DNA of 64,000 nucleotides, taken from positions 1 through 64,000 of IMG/VR virus record IMGVR_UViG_3300042896_000648; one strand, 5' to 3'. The position numbers and the translations under genes were made by a program. Source of the stretch: a virus. The notes below the pieces were generated by a model, which saw only the letters and a program-made list of their open reading frames with translations, made no database searches and had not been told where the DNA came from. Below are positions 47,776-58,645 of the stretch, in pieces (within the stretch, counting starts at the first letter, position 1; each line of letters begins with the position of its first letter).

Positions 47776-48654
47776 TTAAAAATATCGTTCTATAATTAAG
47801 TTACTCAAAACACCACCGCTAAAAGTTGAATAAAAACTGTCAATCCCTGTGGCAACGTATCTGTAACGGTTAATTGAACCTGAATATAGATAAGTGTAAA
47901 CCGTTCCCCCCGTTATTAGTGTGGTTGTAGTCATTGTTCCTGCTGTTACCAAATCAATCCAACTAAACTTGTTCTTCCAAAGTCCCGAGCTTGAATCATA
48001 AAATAATCCCTGCCTATTAAGTTGTGATGCAATAGTTACATCTTGTATATCATCTAAACTTATTGCAGAACTAGAACTTGCAATCCACTCTACATTATAA
48101 TCAGTTCCATCAATCTTAGCTAATACATCTCCTTCTTCTCCGCCTGGCGGTATTCCTATTACACTTGTAGTACAGTCTTCACTTTTTCTTTCTCTACAGC
48201 TATAGTTGTATTCAGTAGTACAAGATAGTGAAAAGTCATCTCCTATTATTACTTTATACTCTCCTGCATAGTTTTGGAATGGCCTATTTTCATCTTCTAC
48301 AAAGTATTTATCATATATTCCTTGCGAATCTAGGGTTACGTCTACGCTATTAAACTCACTCGATAGTAACCCTAATACTTCTTTATAGTCATCATAATCA
48401 TCTGAAAGTATAGTTATAGTAAGTGGTACTTTTGAATAGCCTGATTGGTCTACTGTAAATGGGTCTACTGTATAAAACACGAGCACTCCTCTATCATACG
48501 TCACGGGTGTAAAGTTACTTGTTTGCCCTACTTTTCTTAATACGTCTACCATTTCGGTATCTATCCTAGATTTCGTCATTTCTACTAACCCTGCGTATTT
48601 TGCACGGTCATCGAATACGCTTTCTAAAATATCTTGTACGTCTTGTAGTGTCAT
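47776..48654 (-). CDS. virion protein: tail-completion-like N-half fused to a fibre-type C-half
   Basis: IPPGG..G.VLAK..GTDY.VEW and LDDIQDV.I......L.YD...G.WKN fibre motifs. Confidence 0.5.
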   Translation of the reverse strand: MTLQDVQDILESVFDDRAKYAGLVEMTKSRIDTEMVDVLRKVGQTSNFTPVTYDRGVLVFYTVDPFTVDQSGYSKVPLTITILSDDYDDYKEVLGLLSSEFNSVDVTLDSQGIYDKYFVEDENRPFQNYAGEYKVIIGDDFSLSCTTEYNYSCRERKSEDCTTSVIGIPPGGEEGDVLAKIDGTDYNVEWIASSSSAISLDDIQDVTIASQLNRQGLFYDSSSGLWKNKFSWIDLVTAGTMTTTTLITGGTVYTYLYSGSINRYRYVATGIDSFYSTFSGGVLSNLIIERYF

Positions 48655-48669
48655 AACTTCGTTATATAT

Positions 48670-49155
48670 CTATAATTGTTTTTTCCAGAGTTTACCTATT
48701 TTATTTAGTTCTCCTTTTGTTGGTTTAAATATATCTCCCTGTATTTCTTCGTGGTAGGCTGCTAATACTCCGTAACTTATGTTCCTGCCTGGTACTCTTC
48801 CGTTCTTTACATAAAACTGAAGTATAAACTTAAAGTTCTGTGCCTTCTTATAGTTCTTTCTGTAGGTGAAGTTATTGTAAAGCCCACCAGAGTACTTTAA
48901 TGTCATTCTACTAGTAGTTAGTCCTGCATCTGCCCTGTCTTCGCCTTGCCACCTAGAGTATATGTCTCCCTCATATTTGTCGGTTGATTTTGTTCTCATT
49001 TGTTTTCCGCTAGAGTTCTTACCTTCTTCTATTCGCTTTAGTATAAGCTTTCTAGCTTCTATCGCTACATCATTGGTTACTTCAATAACCTTTCCATAGT
49101 ATAGCTCTACTTTCTTAATCACATCGTCAAAGCCACGGGTGTTCATTAATATCAT
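48670..49155 (-). CDS. possible neck / virion morphogenesis protein
   Basis: Basic protein; RI..G....G, L.YSG.L, IF.PT..E pattern. Confidence 0.45.
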   Translation of the reverse strand: MILMNTRGFDDVIKKVELYYGKVIEVTNDVAIEARKLILKRIEEGKNSSGKQMRTKSTDKYEGDIYSRWQGEDRADAGLTTSRMTLKYSGGLYNNFTYRKNYKKAQNFKFILQFYVKNGRVPGRNISYGVLAAYHEEIQGDIFKPTKGELNKIGKLWKKQL

Positions 49156-50651
49156 TGCTCACAATTATAACGCCACTGCTGAGTGCTTTGATACTTTCCA
49201 TTTATAAAAGGAATCACTATATTTTCGTCTCCGTTTTCCACTAATTCACCGTTCTTCTTTTGCATGATAGATCCAAAGTCTTCTTTCATTTCATATCCTG
49301 CATTGTTTGTCATTTTAAAATTAGAGAATTTAACTCCATTCGTTCCGTAGTTTACAAGTTGAAATACAGATTGAGTTAAGTCCACGTGTTCTTCGGCTAC
49401 ATCAATCCCGTTCTTAGATATTACTTCAAACTCGTCAGAGTTAGGATAGAATGCAATCTCAATGAATTTAGAGTGGTCTTTTTCCATCACGTATCTAAGT
49501 TTACTAATTTCAGTGGCTGAAACAGCTCTAAAGTAATCAAATGTCTGATACTGATTATTTCCAAAGTCAACTTGAAATCTTTCTAAGCTAATTTTTCCAT
49601 CTACTATAAAATTAATAAATACTCCACGATGTAGGTTCTCACCTTGTTGTTTTACTACTCCTACAGTATCGTGTAGTGTAAGGTTGGCAGTAATGCTTTC
49701 TCCTTTGTTTAATTGCTTGTAGAATAATGTTTCAGGCTTTTTTAGGCCACACGGATAGTACACGAAGTAAGCAGCGTCTTTAGCGTCTATCAAGGTTAGT
49801 ACAATTGGGTAATCTATATTACTGTTGTTTTGATACTCTACTTTATAAGTTCCTTCAGGTAGGATTAATCTAGTGCTTGTTGGGTGGTTGTTCTTTAAGT
49901 CGTCAGGGTGCGAGCCTAGATTAAATGCATTATTCATTTCTTTAGGAAATTCATTATCACTTGCTTCTAAGTTATAAATAACTCGCCCATCTCTGCTTAA
50001 TTGAAACTTCATTCCAGAGTTACCATATTCACTTCTACCGGCACTCCAAGCACTTGTTTGAAACTGAATCTTTTTAGATAACTTAATTCTTTGGTTTAAA
50101 GGTGCAATGTTTAATTGCGGTATTTTAAGTGCGAATGAATTAGTGGTCTGTATTTCTATAGGTTTAGATGTGACTACTGTTGATGTATTTGTTACAGTAG
50201 TTACTTCACTTACTACTGTAGTTCCACCTATCTTATAGCTACCTGGTGCTCCGCAAGCTCCCGAGTTTACTTCTACATCTACATAGTTTCCTGTTCCTAT
50301 TTCTCTTATCTTTAGCTTCCAAGTAGTGCTTGATGGCATCCAAAGTGAGTTACCTCCTACGTAAGTTCCCAACAGCACCTCTGAAGGTACATTGGTAGTC
50401 CAGCTTATATTCTTTTGCTTACCTCCATCTACATCACAAGCTACTGAAATCTTAAAGTTCGATACTTGAAGTGATGAAATTGATGGTATAACTGATGGAG
50501 TAACTAATGGCGTTTCTGATGGATTTGGTGTTTGAATTACCTCTACCTTACTAGCTATCTTAGCATCAAATATTGCTCTTACAGCTCTTATTTGTTCGCC
50601 TGTAAGGTTGTTTAAAAGCACGAAAGGCTCGTTTGTTTCTATGATTTTCAT
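49152..50651 (-). CDS. hypothetical beta-rich virion-associated protein
   Basis: 499 aa with Thr/Val/Pro linkers; lies within the structural block. Confidence 0.5.
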   Translation of the reverse strand: MKIIETNEPFVLLNNLTGEQIRAVRAIFDAKIASKVEVIQTPNPSETPLVTPSVIPSISSLQVSNFKISVACDVDGGKQKNISWTTNVPSEVLLGTYVGGNSLWMPSSTTWKLKIREIGTGNYVDVEVNSGACGAPGSYKIGGTTVVSEVTTVTNTSTVVTSKPIEIQTTNSFALKIPQLNIAPLNQRIKLSKKIQFQTSAWSAGRSEYGNSGMKFQLSRDGRVIYNLEASDNEFPKEMNNAFNLGSHPDDLKNNHPTSTRLILPEGTYKVEYQNNSNIDYPIVLTLIDAKDAAYFVYYPCGLKKPETLFYKQLNKGESITANLTLHDTVGVVKQQGENLHRGVFINFIVDGKISLERFQVDFGNNQYQTFDYFRAVSATEISKLRYVMEKDHSKFIEIAFYPNSDEFEVISKNGIDVAEEHVDLTQSVFQLVNYGTNGVKFSNFKMTNNAGYEMKEDFGSIMQKKNGELVENGDENIVIPFINGKYQSTQQWRYNCEQ

Positions 50652-50905
50652 AATATTGGGTATCTCCTTATTTTTATTTTGTCTGCTACTCCTGTTTTAA
50701 ATGTTATGCAACCTGTCTTACCACTGTCTACGAATACTGTTCTGCATAGTACGTCGTTAATAAATAGTTCGCATGATATATCTGTTAATCCTGCATTAAT
50801 ATAAAGGCTGTATCTTGATTTATCACTTAGTTTCCATATCTCTCCTACTACCTCGTAATGTGAGTCAAATATTATATCTCCGTTGCTTTTTACTAATTTA
50901 AACAT
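50648..50905 (-). CDS. hypothetical protein
   Basis: Coupled ORF. Confidence 0.65.
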   Translation of the reverse strand: MFKLVKSNGDIIFDSHYEVVGEIWKLSDKSRYSLYINAGLTDISCELFINDVLCRTVFVDSGKTGCITFKTGVADKIKIRRYPIL

Positions 50906-50908
50906 ATT

Positions 50909-51322
50909 CTAAAGTTCTAGTCCGGTATTTCCTTGGTATATGTTTTGTAGGTCATGCATATACCTCAATGTTCTAATACCCATTATTGATATGTCTTCTT
51001 TATCTAGGCTAGGTATACTGTATTCAATAATCCATGAATTATCAATATTTGAGCTAATGTGTATTTTATACCAATATGTTTTCTTATACTTTTCGTCAAA
51101 TATACTTACATTTTTTTCTCCTCCTAAATTAAAGTCGCCTGTTCCTATATATCTATAAGTTTTATATCCAAACCTTTCAAGTTCTTCTATACTTATAGGC
51201 ATTCCATCAATGTGATTATATTCGTATTTATAATTAAGTAATTCACTTATTGATTCAACTATAACCCTTTCGCCATTTAATGAAACTATATTACCTATTC
51301 TTAACTCTTCTTTTTTTATCAT
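50909..51322 (-). CDS. hypothetical phage protein (ELRIGN...PI..E.L..FG family)
   Basis: Motif pattern plus C-terminal Y.H.LQN.Y. Confidence 0.65.
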   Translation of the reverse strand: MIKKEELRIGNIVSLNGERVIVESISELLNYKYEYNHIDGMPISIEELERFGYKTYRYIGTGDFNLGGEKNVSIFDEKYKKTYWYKIHISSNIDNSWIIEYSIPSLDKEDISIMGIRTLRYMHDLQNIYQGNTGLEL

Positions 51323-51324
51323 TT

Positions 51325-52269
51325 TTATACGTAGCTTGTTAGCATTGGTTTATTTGCCAGTCTTGAATTGCACGACCAACATATCGAATCATCCGTTATC
51401 TTATACAGGTTGGTTAAAGCCAAATCCATTAAGGTATTGAATTTCTTCTTTAATATCGGTATGGTGAACTCTAGTACAGTCTTATTATTAGCATCTGAAT
51501 ACCAACCTCTTTCGTACGAGTTCACTTTGTGGTCTAGTATACTTAAAGCGAGGAAGTAATTCATTGCATTAATAAAAAACTCAGGGTAGTTACATATCAT
51601 AGTTTCAAAGTTGCACCTTATTTGGGCATCCACGCAAAAGTACTTAATATCGGTCTGCGTGAATACGTTTCCTTCTAGTGTTCCATAGTCGGTTTCTTCT
51701 CCACAGCCACACTTAGGTTCACCGCATAACACAGAGGTTAAGGTAGTGGAGTTTTTTATTCCTACAAAAAGATTCTTTTCGGGGTCTGTTACTGTGTAGT
51801 CAACCTTAATCTTGTTTCGGCCTTTTACTAGAGTCTCAGTATTGTTGTAAAGCAAGTTTCCGTCCACTAGGTTAATGATTACTACGTCTACCGTTCCTGC
51901 TGTATGTACATTAAAGTTTAGGTGGTTCAATCTATACTCTACAAATTCATGGGTTGGTATCTCTACTTTATATCCTACTAAATCACTAGGGTTAATAGAT
52001 ATGTAATGTGCTGGGTCACTTGTGAATGTGTTAGTTTCGCTAATAATATGGTTAAATGATTTTTCACCGCTAAATTTAAGTTCTGCTTCTATTAAAAATT
52101 GTTTATACGCACTAGCCTTTAGGTTATTAAACCATTCTGTTAGTGTTCTCTTTTGTTCGTCTTTTATGCTCGATACTAAGTTTACGGGTATCCCAGGTAT
52201 GTCATCTACATAATACTCACTTGTGTTTCCACATAGTCGTAGTCCAATTTTATCGGTTAGGCAATTCAT
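51325..52269 (-). CDS. possible head-tail connector protein
   Basis: MNCL...IGL..C.....Y...PG start; C-terminal C..C; structural context. Confidence 0.4.
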   Translation of the reverse strand: MNCLTDKIGLRLCGNTSEYYVDDIPGIPVNLVSSIKDEQKRTLTEWFNNLKASAYKQFLIEAELKFSGEKSFNHIISETNTFTSDPAHYISINPSDLVGYKVEIPTHEFVEYRLNHLNFNVHTAGTVDVVIINLVDGNLLYNNTETLVKGRNKIKVDYTVTDPEKNLFVGIKNSTTLTSVLCGEPKCGCGEETDYGTLEGNVFTQTDIKYFCVDAQIRCNFETMICNYPEFFINAMNYFLALSILDHKVNSYERGWYSDANNKTVLEFTIPILKKKFNTLMDLALTNLYKITDDSICWSCNSRLANKPMLTSYV

Positions 52270-52278
52270 TGTATATTT

Positions 52279-52638
52279 TTAAAATTTATCTAATGGGCAA
52301 GGTGAGTCAGAAAATAATTTGGCTTCTTCTATGCATCCACATCCCGTTACTCCGTTTACTTCTTTCTTAGTTGAGCATACAGGTATTCCTAGCATCCTTC
52401 CTCGTAGTGGGCATTCTTTACAAATGGCTTTCTTCCTCTTGTATTCGTCTACGTATTCATCACTTATATTATTAAGCACTCTGTATCTGAACAGGTTGGA
52501 GTAGCCTACTATTATAGCTTCTGCTGTACCTCTTACTCTGTACCACCACTGCTTCAAGTCAGCTATTATGTATTTACTTTTTACCACAGATACTACAAGG
52601 TTTTGGTTTTGATTTATAAGGCGTGCTTTTACTCGCAC
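52279..52638 (-). CDS. Cys-rich small phage protein
   Basis: IC..CP...C...GCGC...AK.....CP..KF. Confidence 0.65.
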   Translation of the reverse strand: MRVKARLINQNQNLVVSVVKSKYIIADLKQWWYRVRGTAEAIIVGYSNLFRYRVLNNISDEYVDEYKRKKAICKECPLRGRMLGIPVCSTKKEVNGVTGCGCIEEAKLFSDSPCPLDKF

Positions 52639-52678
52639 TCTTTATGCTATTGGTTGTTTTTCCTAGTATTTTCATAAC

Positions 52679-52990
52679 TTATCGTTCAAAAAGTTGTAAT
52701 GTTATTGTATTTCCTAATTGATTTTTTAGTACTGTTATTCCTCGCTTCTTTAGGTAGCTTTTTAGGCTTTCGGATCCGTAGGCGTATTCAAAGAATAACT
52801 TTAGTTCTTCTACTTTTTCGTTTATCGCTAAGTATCCGCTACCTGGTTTATACTCTACTCTTATTGCATTCAATCCGTTTAGCTTTAGGTTTGTTCCGCA
52901 ACAAATATCTTGTATGCTACCTACCTTTACGGTGTCGTAAACGTCTAGTTGGTATTTCCCATTTGGTAATTCTACTCTTCTGTATTCCAT
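52679..52990 (-). CDS. hypothetical protein
   Basis: Coupled ORF. Confidence 0.65.
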   Translation of the reverse strand: MEYRRVELPNGKYQLDVYDTVKVGSIQDICCGTNLKLNGLNAIRVEYKPGSGYLAINEKVEELKLFFEYAYGSESLKSYLKKRGITVLKNQLGNTITLQLFER

Positions 52991-52991
52991 T

Positions 52992-53642
52992 TTACACGCA
53001 ACTCTTAGCTACTTCGTCTCCATTTTCGTCAATAAATTCTACATCCTGCATACCTATATAGGTTACTACTACATTCGTGCCTACTATTGAGGCTACAAAT
53101 GCTCCAGCTTCAATTGCGTCTAATTCGTCTTCAAATAATGGATTCACAGCTAGTATGCTGTTTACCATTGGTGGGTTCTGAATAGTTGTTGTGGCTGTGC
53201 CGTATCTTATTTGTGTTATCATGTTTAATGTCCAAGTACAGTTATATGTTATGTTAGTCCAAGTACAATCGTAGTATGGAAAATCCCATGTGCAAGTGGT
53301 TTCTATCCCTCCGTTTAGTCTGAGGTAGCCAGTTTCACAATTGTCTGATATGTTTAGTTCAAGCCCACAAACAGTACTTGCATTATAAGGTATTGCAATA
53401 TCTATTCCTTGTAGGTCTTTAATATTTATTTGAATCTTATTAAAGTGGAAGTAATCGCTAGGCTTAAAATCTACCTTAACTATCTGTCCTACTCCTATTT
53501 GTAGTGTTTTACAAAGTGTACCACCGCCATAAAGCTTGATATAAACCTGTACAAATGAACCTACAGGCTTATCCAAGTATAGGATAAAGCCATCGTTGCA
53601 CTTATTCAAATAAGGTGTTTCACTGCAAAAGTCTGTACACAT
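52992..53642 (-). CDS. Cys-rich probable virion protein (start at MCTDFC)
   Basis: The TTG at 53657 is part of a TATATTTG promoter; three CTW motifs. Confidence 0.55.
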   Translation of the reverse strand: MCTDFCSETPYLNKCNDGFILYLDKPVGSFVQVYIKLYGGGTLCKTLQIGVGQIVKVDFKPSDYFHFNKIQINIKDLQGIDIAIPYNASTVCGLELNISDNCETGYLRLNGGIETTCTWDFPYYDCTWTNITYNCTWTLNMITQIRYGTATTTIQNPPMVNSILAVNPLFEDELDAIEAGAFVASIVGTNVVVTYIGMQDVEFIDENGDEVAKSCV

Positions 53643-53678
53643 ATTTTTTTTTATCAAATATACAAAATAATTTCGGTT

Positions 53679-54527
53679 TTAAATTAATTCAAATTGATTT
53701 CTTTTTAAATGACAAACCCCTCCATCTACATCTACAATATAATCATCTTCATAAGTCCCAATTATATTACCTTCATCTCCTATCATAAAACCTATACCAT
53801 CGTTGTTGGTTACTCTTACCTTATCGCCTACTTTTGGTTCTCGTTCTATTAATTCAAATTGATCTCTTGTTAAATTATAGTTATCATTATCGCTAAAACA
53901 AAGGAATATATGATTGTATATACCTTTAATCTCAACTTTATCTCCAATCATAAATCTATTATCAAGTTCACTATTAATTATTATTGCCTTATCACCTACT
54001 TTTGGTTCTCTTTTTGGTAGTGGTGTATTAATTACTTTTTCAATATTATTCTTCAGAGCCTTTGCGGAATCAAAATATGTTTCAGTGCCATCTTTTGTTT
54101 TACAACTTTCTTTTATAGCGTCAAAAAATTCCTTATTTGCATTATAGCCATCTTCGATATTTAATTCAGATGTTGGCTCATATTTCCTTTGCTTTACTTT
54201 TTGTCCAGAATTCTCTAAATCACTTCCATCCTTCTCATTCCTTATCATATCTAGTAATATATTGTAGTTACAAAGGTCTTTTAAGTTATCCTGTACGCTT
54301 TCGTTATTAGGTTTTTTTTCTTGTTTAAGTAGATTACCTAGCCTCACTGTTTTAGTGGCTATAAACACCATTAAAACCTGCTCTACAGGTACGCTAGTTA
54401 TTTCTGATACAAGCTTGAAGAGGGATAGTACGTCTTCGCCTGTATAGTCTTGCCCTTTCGATAGCATAGTGTCGCCCATTTCTTTTACAAATGAGTTAAA
54501 TAGTTTTTCTTGTGTTTCTCTTTTCAT
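53679..54527 (-). CDS. DUF6378 / nucleotide-modification-associated domain protein with duplicated KVGDK SH3-like domains
   Basis: KG.DY...F...K..RL...NES..D...DL.NY; two REPKVGDK...L.R.QFELI units. Confidence 0.6.
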   Translation of the reverse strand: MKRETQEKLFNSFVKEMGDTMLSKGQDYTGEDVLSLFKLVSEITSVPVEQVLMVFIATKTVRLGNLLKQEKKPNNESVQDNLKDLCNYNILLDMIRNEKDGSDLENSGQKVKQRKYEPTSELNIEDGYNANKEFFDAIKESCKTKDGTETYFDSAKALKNNIEKVINTPLPKREPKVGDKAIIINSELDNRFMIGDKVEIKGIYNHIFLCFSDNDNYNLTRDQFELIEREPKVGDKVRVTNNDGIGFMIGDEGNIIGTYEDDYIVDVDGGVCHLKRNQFELI

Positions 54528-54668
54528 TTTGTTTTTTTTAACAAATATAACACTTTAATTTTTATAAACAAAAAATCCTAAATAAATATATCTAGGATTT
54601 CTGAATCGGGTTAAAAATGAAAAAAAATGTTTCTTAAAATGCTATTTGAACACGTTCCTTGCAGTCAC

Positions 54669-54959
54669 TTACTTAAAAGACTTTATGATACTCTTTATAG
54701 TTATCTTTCCGTCTTGTCTCATGTGGTTCAAAAAGTTCTCTGCCTGTATTTTGTCAAAGCCATGCCCTATTATCATTTCAATAAGGAAGTTTATTTCTTC
54801 TTCGTCTAGGTCTTTTATCTCAGCACCTACTTGCTTAAACTTTACTTTAAGTAGTGGTACTAGCTTTATCAAGATTAGGAGAAATCTCTCTCTGCCTACA
54901 ATACTCTTTACTAATACTAGTATTGTTTCTACTATTTTTTGTATGTTTTCTATGTTCAT
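54669..54959 (-). CDS. hypothetical protein
   Basis: ORF followed by a hairpin at about 54573-54600. Confidence 0.6.
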   Translation of the reverse strand: MNIENIQKIVETILVLVKSIVGRERFLLILIKLVPLLKVKFKQVGAEIKDLDEEEINFLIEMIIGHGFDKIQAENFLNHMRQDGKITIKSIIKSFK

Positions 54960-54995
54960 ATTCGCTTTAAAATTGGTTCTTATTTAAAATTGGTT

Positions 54996-55415
54996 CTATA
55001 TGTTTCTTTTTGGTTTTTTTGGAATTATTACTTTGTCTACTGCACTGTCAGAATCCTTTAATTCATCCTTTAATCTCGCTATCTTTATTTTTAAATTATT
55101 TTTAAAAAAAGAATATATCTGTTTGTCTGTTTTTATTTTACTTATATATATCTTATAATAAGGCTTATAAGCAGTATAGTCTGGCTTATAAGCACTATTT
55201 GGATTATCTATATGATAATGGTCACAGTTTAAGTATCTTGCTACTTTTTGTATCTCTAGTATATTTGGCTCTTTTTCTGTTTCTATTGTCGCTATGGTAG
55301 TTGTGTATGGGTCTGATAAGCAACCGTATTCGGTTTTATCCAAAACTACTTTTCCATCTACCACATTTACTATATCAATATTAGGAAATATTTCCTTTGC
55401 TTTATCTATATTCAT
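54996..55415 (-). CDS. hypothetical protein
   Basis: ORF in the minus-strand block. Confidence 0.65.
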   Translation of the reverse strand: MNIDKAKEIFPNIDIVNVVDGKVVLDKTEYGCLSDPYTTTIATIETEKEPNILEIQKVARYLNCDHYHIDNPNSAYKPDYTAYKPYYKIYISKIKTDKQIYSFFKNNLKIKIARLKDELKDSDSAVDKVIIPKKPKRNI

Positions 55416-55438
55416 TTTTTATTTATTTTACTTAGCTA

Positions 55439-55517
55439 CGTTATTCGTTTCACTCACGCCTCGTTATTCGCTTTACTCATATTCAACTACGCCTCGTTAT
55501 TCGCTTTGTTCATGTTC
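55439..55517. repeat. three direct repeats with core CGTTATTCG
   Basis: CGCCTCGTTATTCGCTTT at 55457 and 55490; partial copy at 55439. Confidence 0.8.
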
Positions 55518-55518
55518 T

Positions 55519-56052
55519 TTAAGCTTCGTTAGTTGATATTTTTCCTGTTGTTGTTACAAATCTTTTTACTGCACTAGCGGGTCGCACCTTATATTCGTTT
55601 CGTGCTCCTAGTAGCCTGCTTTTGCTTATTGGCATTATATTCACCATGTCATTCTGATTACCGCCTATTACATGAAAGTTCTTACTGTCTTCCCCTACAT
55701 ACATTGCTACGTGTCCGCCACCTCCTACTCTACTAAATACTAATATGTCGCCTACTGCTTCTTCGCCTTTCTTTACTTCATTGCCAAACTTTAGCCAATT
55801 TCTTGCCCACAGATAATTATCAGGTACTACTTTCCCTGCTCTATGAGCGCATATTGCCATTGCTAATCCACACCAAGCTATTTCATCTTTTGTGTACATT
55901 AGGCTTTCTTGCCCTCCTATTTCTTTTGCCCATCCTATTATTTCTTTGTTGTTCTCAAAGCCTGCTCTCTCTTCTGTTCCATAAAGTTTTAGTGCTTCGG
56001 CCACCATTTTAGGCGGGTTTTCTAATAAATAATTATATTGTTTTGGTATCAT
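55519..56052 (-). CDS. endolysin, TIGR02594 / NlpC-P60-CHAP-like amidase
   Basis: DEIAWCG, ARNW..FG, GDILVF.R.GGGHV, GGNQ. Confidence 0.88.
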   Translation of the reverse strand: MIPKQYNYLLENPPKMVAEALKLYGTEERAGFENNKEIIGWAKEIGGQESLMYTKDEIAWCGLAMAICAHRAGKVVPDNYLWARNWLKFGNEVKKGEEAVGDILVFSRVGGGGHVAMYVGEDSKNFHVIGGNQNDMVNIMPISKSRLLGARNEYKVRPASAVKRFVTTTGKISTNEA

Positions 56053-56055
56053 ATT

Positions 56056-56522
56056 TTAAAGTTCTACCATTTTCACGGCAAGTTTAATCACTAATTCTTC
56101 TAATTTTTTTCTATTCTCTTTGCTTAATGCGTATTCGTATTCTAGTGAGCCATTTTTTTCAAATGCTACGCCCCAAGTTATTGCGGTACTTATACTCGCT
56201 ATTCTGTCTTGATAGCCCTTTATGTTAGTTTCTTTTATTACAGACTTTACTTCAGCGGCACTAGGTATGTAGGTCTCTTCTATCATGTCAGTTCGTCTAT
56301 GTTTATATTGTGAGTATCAAGTATTTCATAAATTCTTTTATAAACGAGTTCAAGTGCTTCGTATTTATCCAGTTCATTTGCATCTAATTGCCACTCTATC
56401 TGTTTTCTTGTGTTGTGGGTTATATCCCACAAAGCTAAGTACAGGTCAGATGATTTTACTGCTCTTAAATGTCCTATTCTGTCTTCGGGTTCATCAAGAT
56501 TAAATTTTAGTATTGCTTTCAT
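56056..56522 (-). other. two small hypothetical genes (56056-56286, 56283-56522)
   Basis: Coupled ORFs; 56283 begins MKAILKFNL.E. Confidence 0.7.
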
Positions 56523-56864
56523 AAATCTTAATAGACCTCCTCCAATTTCTGATTAACATTTCGTCGATTATCGTTTTGCTATTCAGCCTGTCAATCTGCA
56601 ACTGAAGGAGGTTTACTTTCTCAAATATAATATCTTTTTCTTTATTTTGCAAGTTTTAGAATAATTAATCTTTTGCGTAGTCTTTCCAATCACTAAAAAA
56701 TCCATTAGGAAATAACCTTAAATCAAATTTTGTTTTAATTGAATCTAAATGTTCTTTCGATTTAAATTCCTCTAGCATTTTTTTCATTTCTTTTCTTAAA
56801 GATTCTTCTTTATTTGCTTCCATACATCTTAAAATATGTGTGTGATTAAGTTTTTGCTTTGTGA

Positions 56865-57434
56865 TTATAGGTAAGTTTCCTCTAAGTATCTTCTATAATA
56901 AATAGCTTCCAATTCTGTTTCAAATGATTTTTCATATATAATCTTATTCACAGAAAGATATGCGTGCCAATTATTCCATATCTTATTATAAGAAACTCCT
57001 ATATTTTTATTATTACATCTTCTGTTCCAACACTGTTCGTGAGGAGTAGCCCATCTGCAATTTTCTTTACAATAGTTACCATTTACATCTATTCTATCTA
57101 TAGAATGTATTTTGGATGGTTTATCTCCCATGTCTCTAAGAAATATATTAAAATCATTAAGCCATTCATCACTCATCTTTATACCCCTTCCTCCATAATA
57201 CTTATATGAATGATTGCTTTTATTATAACATCTTGCTTTTATTCTACTCCATGTATTGTATAATGGGTTATTGTGCCTATCCTCTCCACACACCTTACTT
57301 ACATAATCTATATCACCATATCTAATATATCTAGTATAGTGCTTACTGCAATAACCTCTCATTAAATATTCTTTACCATTCACGATTCTTAGCTTTGATG
57401 TACATCCATCAACTTTACATTTTTTATCTGTCAT
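56865..57434 (-). CDS. HNH homing-type endonuclease
   Basis: C...GC...C.KHY; YGGRGI; SIDRIDVNGNYC.ENCRWAT. Confidence 0.9.
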   Translation of the reverse strand: MTDKKCKVDGCTSKLRIVNGKEYLMRGYCSKHYTRYIRYGDIDYVSKVCGEDRHNNPLYNTWSRIKARCYNKSNHSYKYYGGRGIKMSDEWLNDFNIFLRDMGDKPSKIHSIDRIDVNGNYCKENCRWATPHEQCWNRRCNNKNIGVSYNKIWNNWHAYLSVNKIIYEKSFETELEAIYYRRYLEETYL

Positions 57435-57441
57435 TTTTTTA

Positions 57442-58641
57442 TTATTTAAACCAATAAGGATAATGATTTTTGATATTCTCTTTCTTATTTATATTAAAGA
57501 ATCTAAATCCGGACTTAGTATTAGAAAAATTACTTTTTACCCAATTGCTAGGTGGCGAGAATGAAGGGTAGTTATAATATTGGAAATCTGTACTTGTACT
57601 ATCATCAAATAATGAAAGGTGTGAATCTCCTTTAGAAAACTCTATGAAATTTCCATCATATAATCTATTCTCCTTGCAGAAGTGATCTATTTTCTTAGCT
57701 TGCTTATCATCTAAATGTGGTTTAAAACCAAATTTTAATGCTTCTGAATCTTTACCATGAGATGTTATAAATGTATGATTTCCTACCTTATAAAAGTCTA
57801 TAAATTTCTTTTGGCTATTTACCTGTACGTTGGTGTATTTTTGTTCTAATATTCCTTTTATTGCTTGGCTCACAAAGTACCCAAATACTCCACTATGATT
57901 ATCCTCTACAATATTGTTGCATATTATCTTATCGTACCTAGTTATTAATGAATCTACCAACTTTACTCCAAACCAAACGCCTAAATCAAATGATTCTTTG
58001 TCATTCATATTTTGCGGTAATTCATGCCCTCTCCTAGTAGTTTCTCCACCTAGTCCATCCATATAATCACCTAAGTTATCTATAATCAATAAGTCTGATT
58101 TCTTATTAGTTATAGTATGATTTATCATTATACTTAATCTACTAAGAACTTCTTCTTTATCCCATTTTCCGTCATATAAAGGGTCTCCATTACCTCTTAC
58201 ATCCATTCCTATATGAGTGTCTGTATAAACAAGCCTATCAAACCATTCATTGTCTTTTTCCTCTTTATTTATATAAAAAACAGGCTTAATATGCTTGCTG
58301 ATTACTTCCTCGAAATAGTTTGGTATGTTTAATAGTTTATCGTCCTCTGTGGTGTAAAAAACTATATTATAGAATGGTATTGCGGTGTGGCTTATAAGTT
58401 TGTAGCTTCTTATTTTACTGTGGTCTAACTTATAATAATCACAGTACTCTTGAATGTTCATTAATAGTCCATCTAGTCCTATTGCTGTAAATCCTTTTAT
58501 TTTGTAGTCGTTACTCTTTGTTGTGCTTTCTTGTGGTTCTGTCTCTACTCTTTTTCCATTCTTTGCTACTTCTACTCCTTCATTTTTACGAAAAGCTTCT
58601 ATTAAGTTGGCTTCCTCGTCACTGAGTCTTAGTCTTGGCAT
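57442..58641 (-). CDS. calcineurin-like metallophosphoesterase
   Basis: DTHIG, LGD.MDG, DNH, HG, GDSH. Confidence 0.8.
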   Translation of the reverse strand: MPRLRLSDEEANLIEAFRKNEGVEVAKNGKRVETEPQESTTKSNDYKIKGFTAIGLDGLLMNIQEYCDYYKLDHSKIRSYKLISHTAIPFYNIVFYTTEDDKLLNIPNYFEEVISKHIKPVFYINKEEKDNEWFDRLVYTDTHIGMDVRGNGDPLYDGKWDKEEVLSRLSIMINHTITNKKSDLLIIDNLGDYMDGLGGETTRRGHELPQNMNDKESFDLGVWFGVKLVDSLITRYDKIICNNIVEDNHSGVFGYFVSQAIKGILEQKYTNVQVNSQKKFIDFYKVGNHTFITSHGKDSEALKFGFKPHLDDKQAKKIDHFCKENRLYDGNFIEFSKGDSHLSLFDDSTSTDFQYYNYPSFSPPSNWVKSNFSNTKSGFRFFNINKKENIKNHYPYWFK

Positions 58642-58645
58642 TTTT

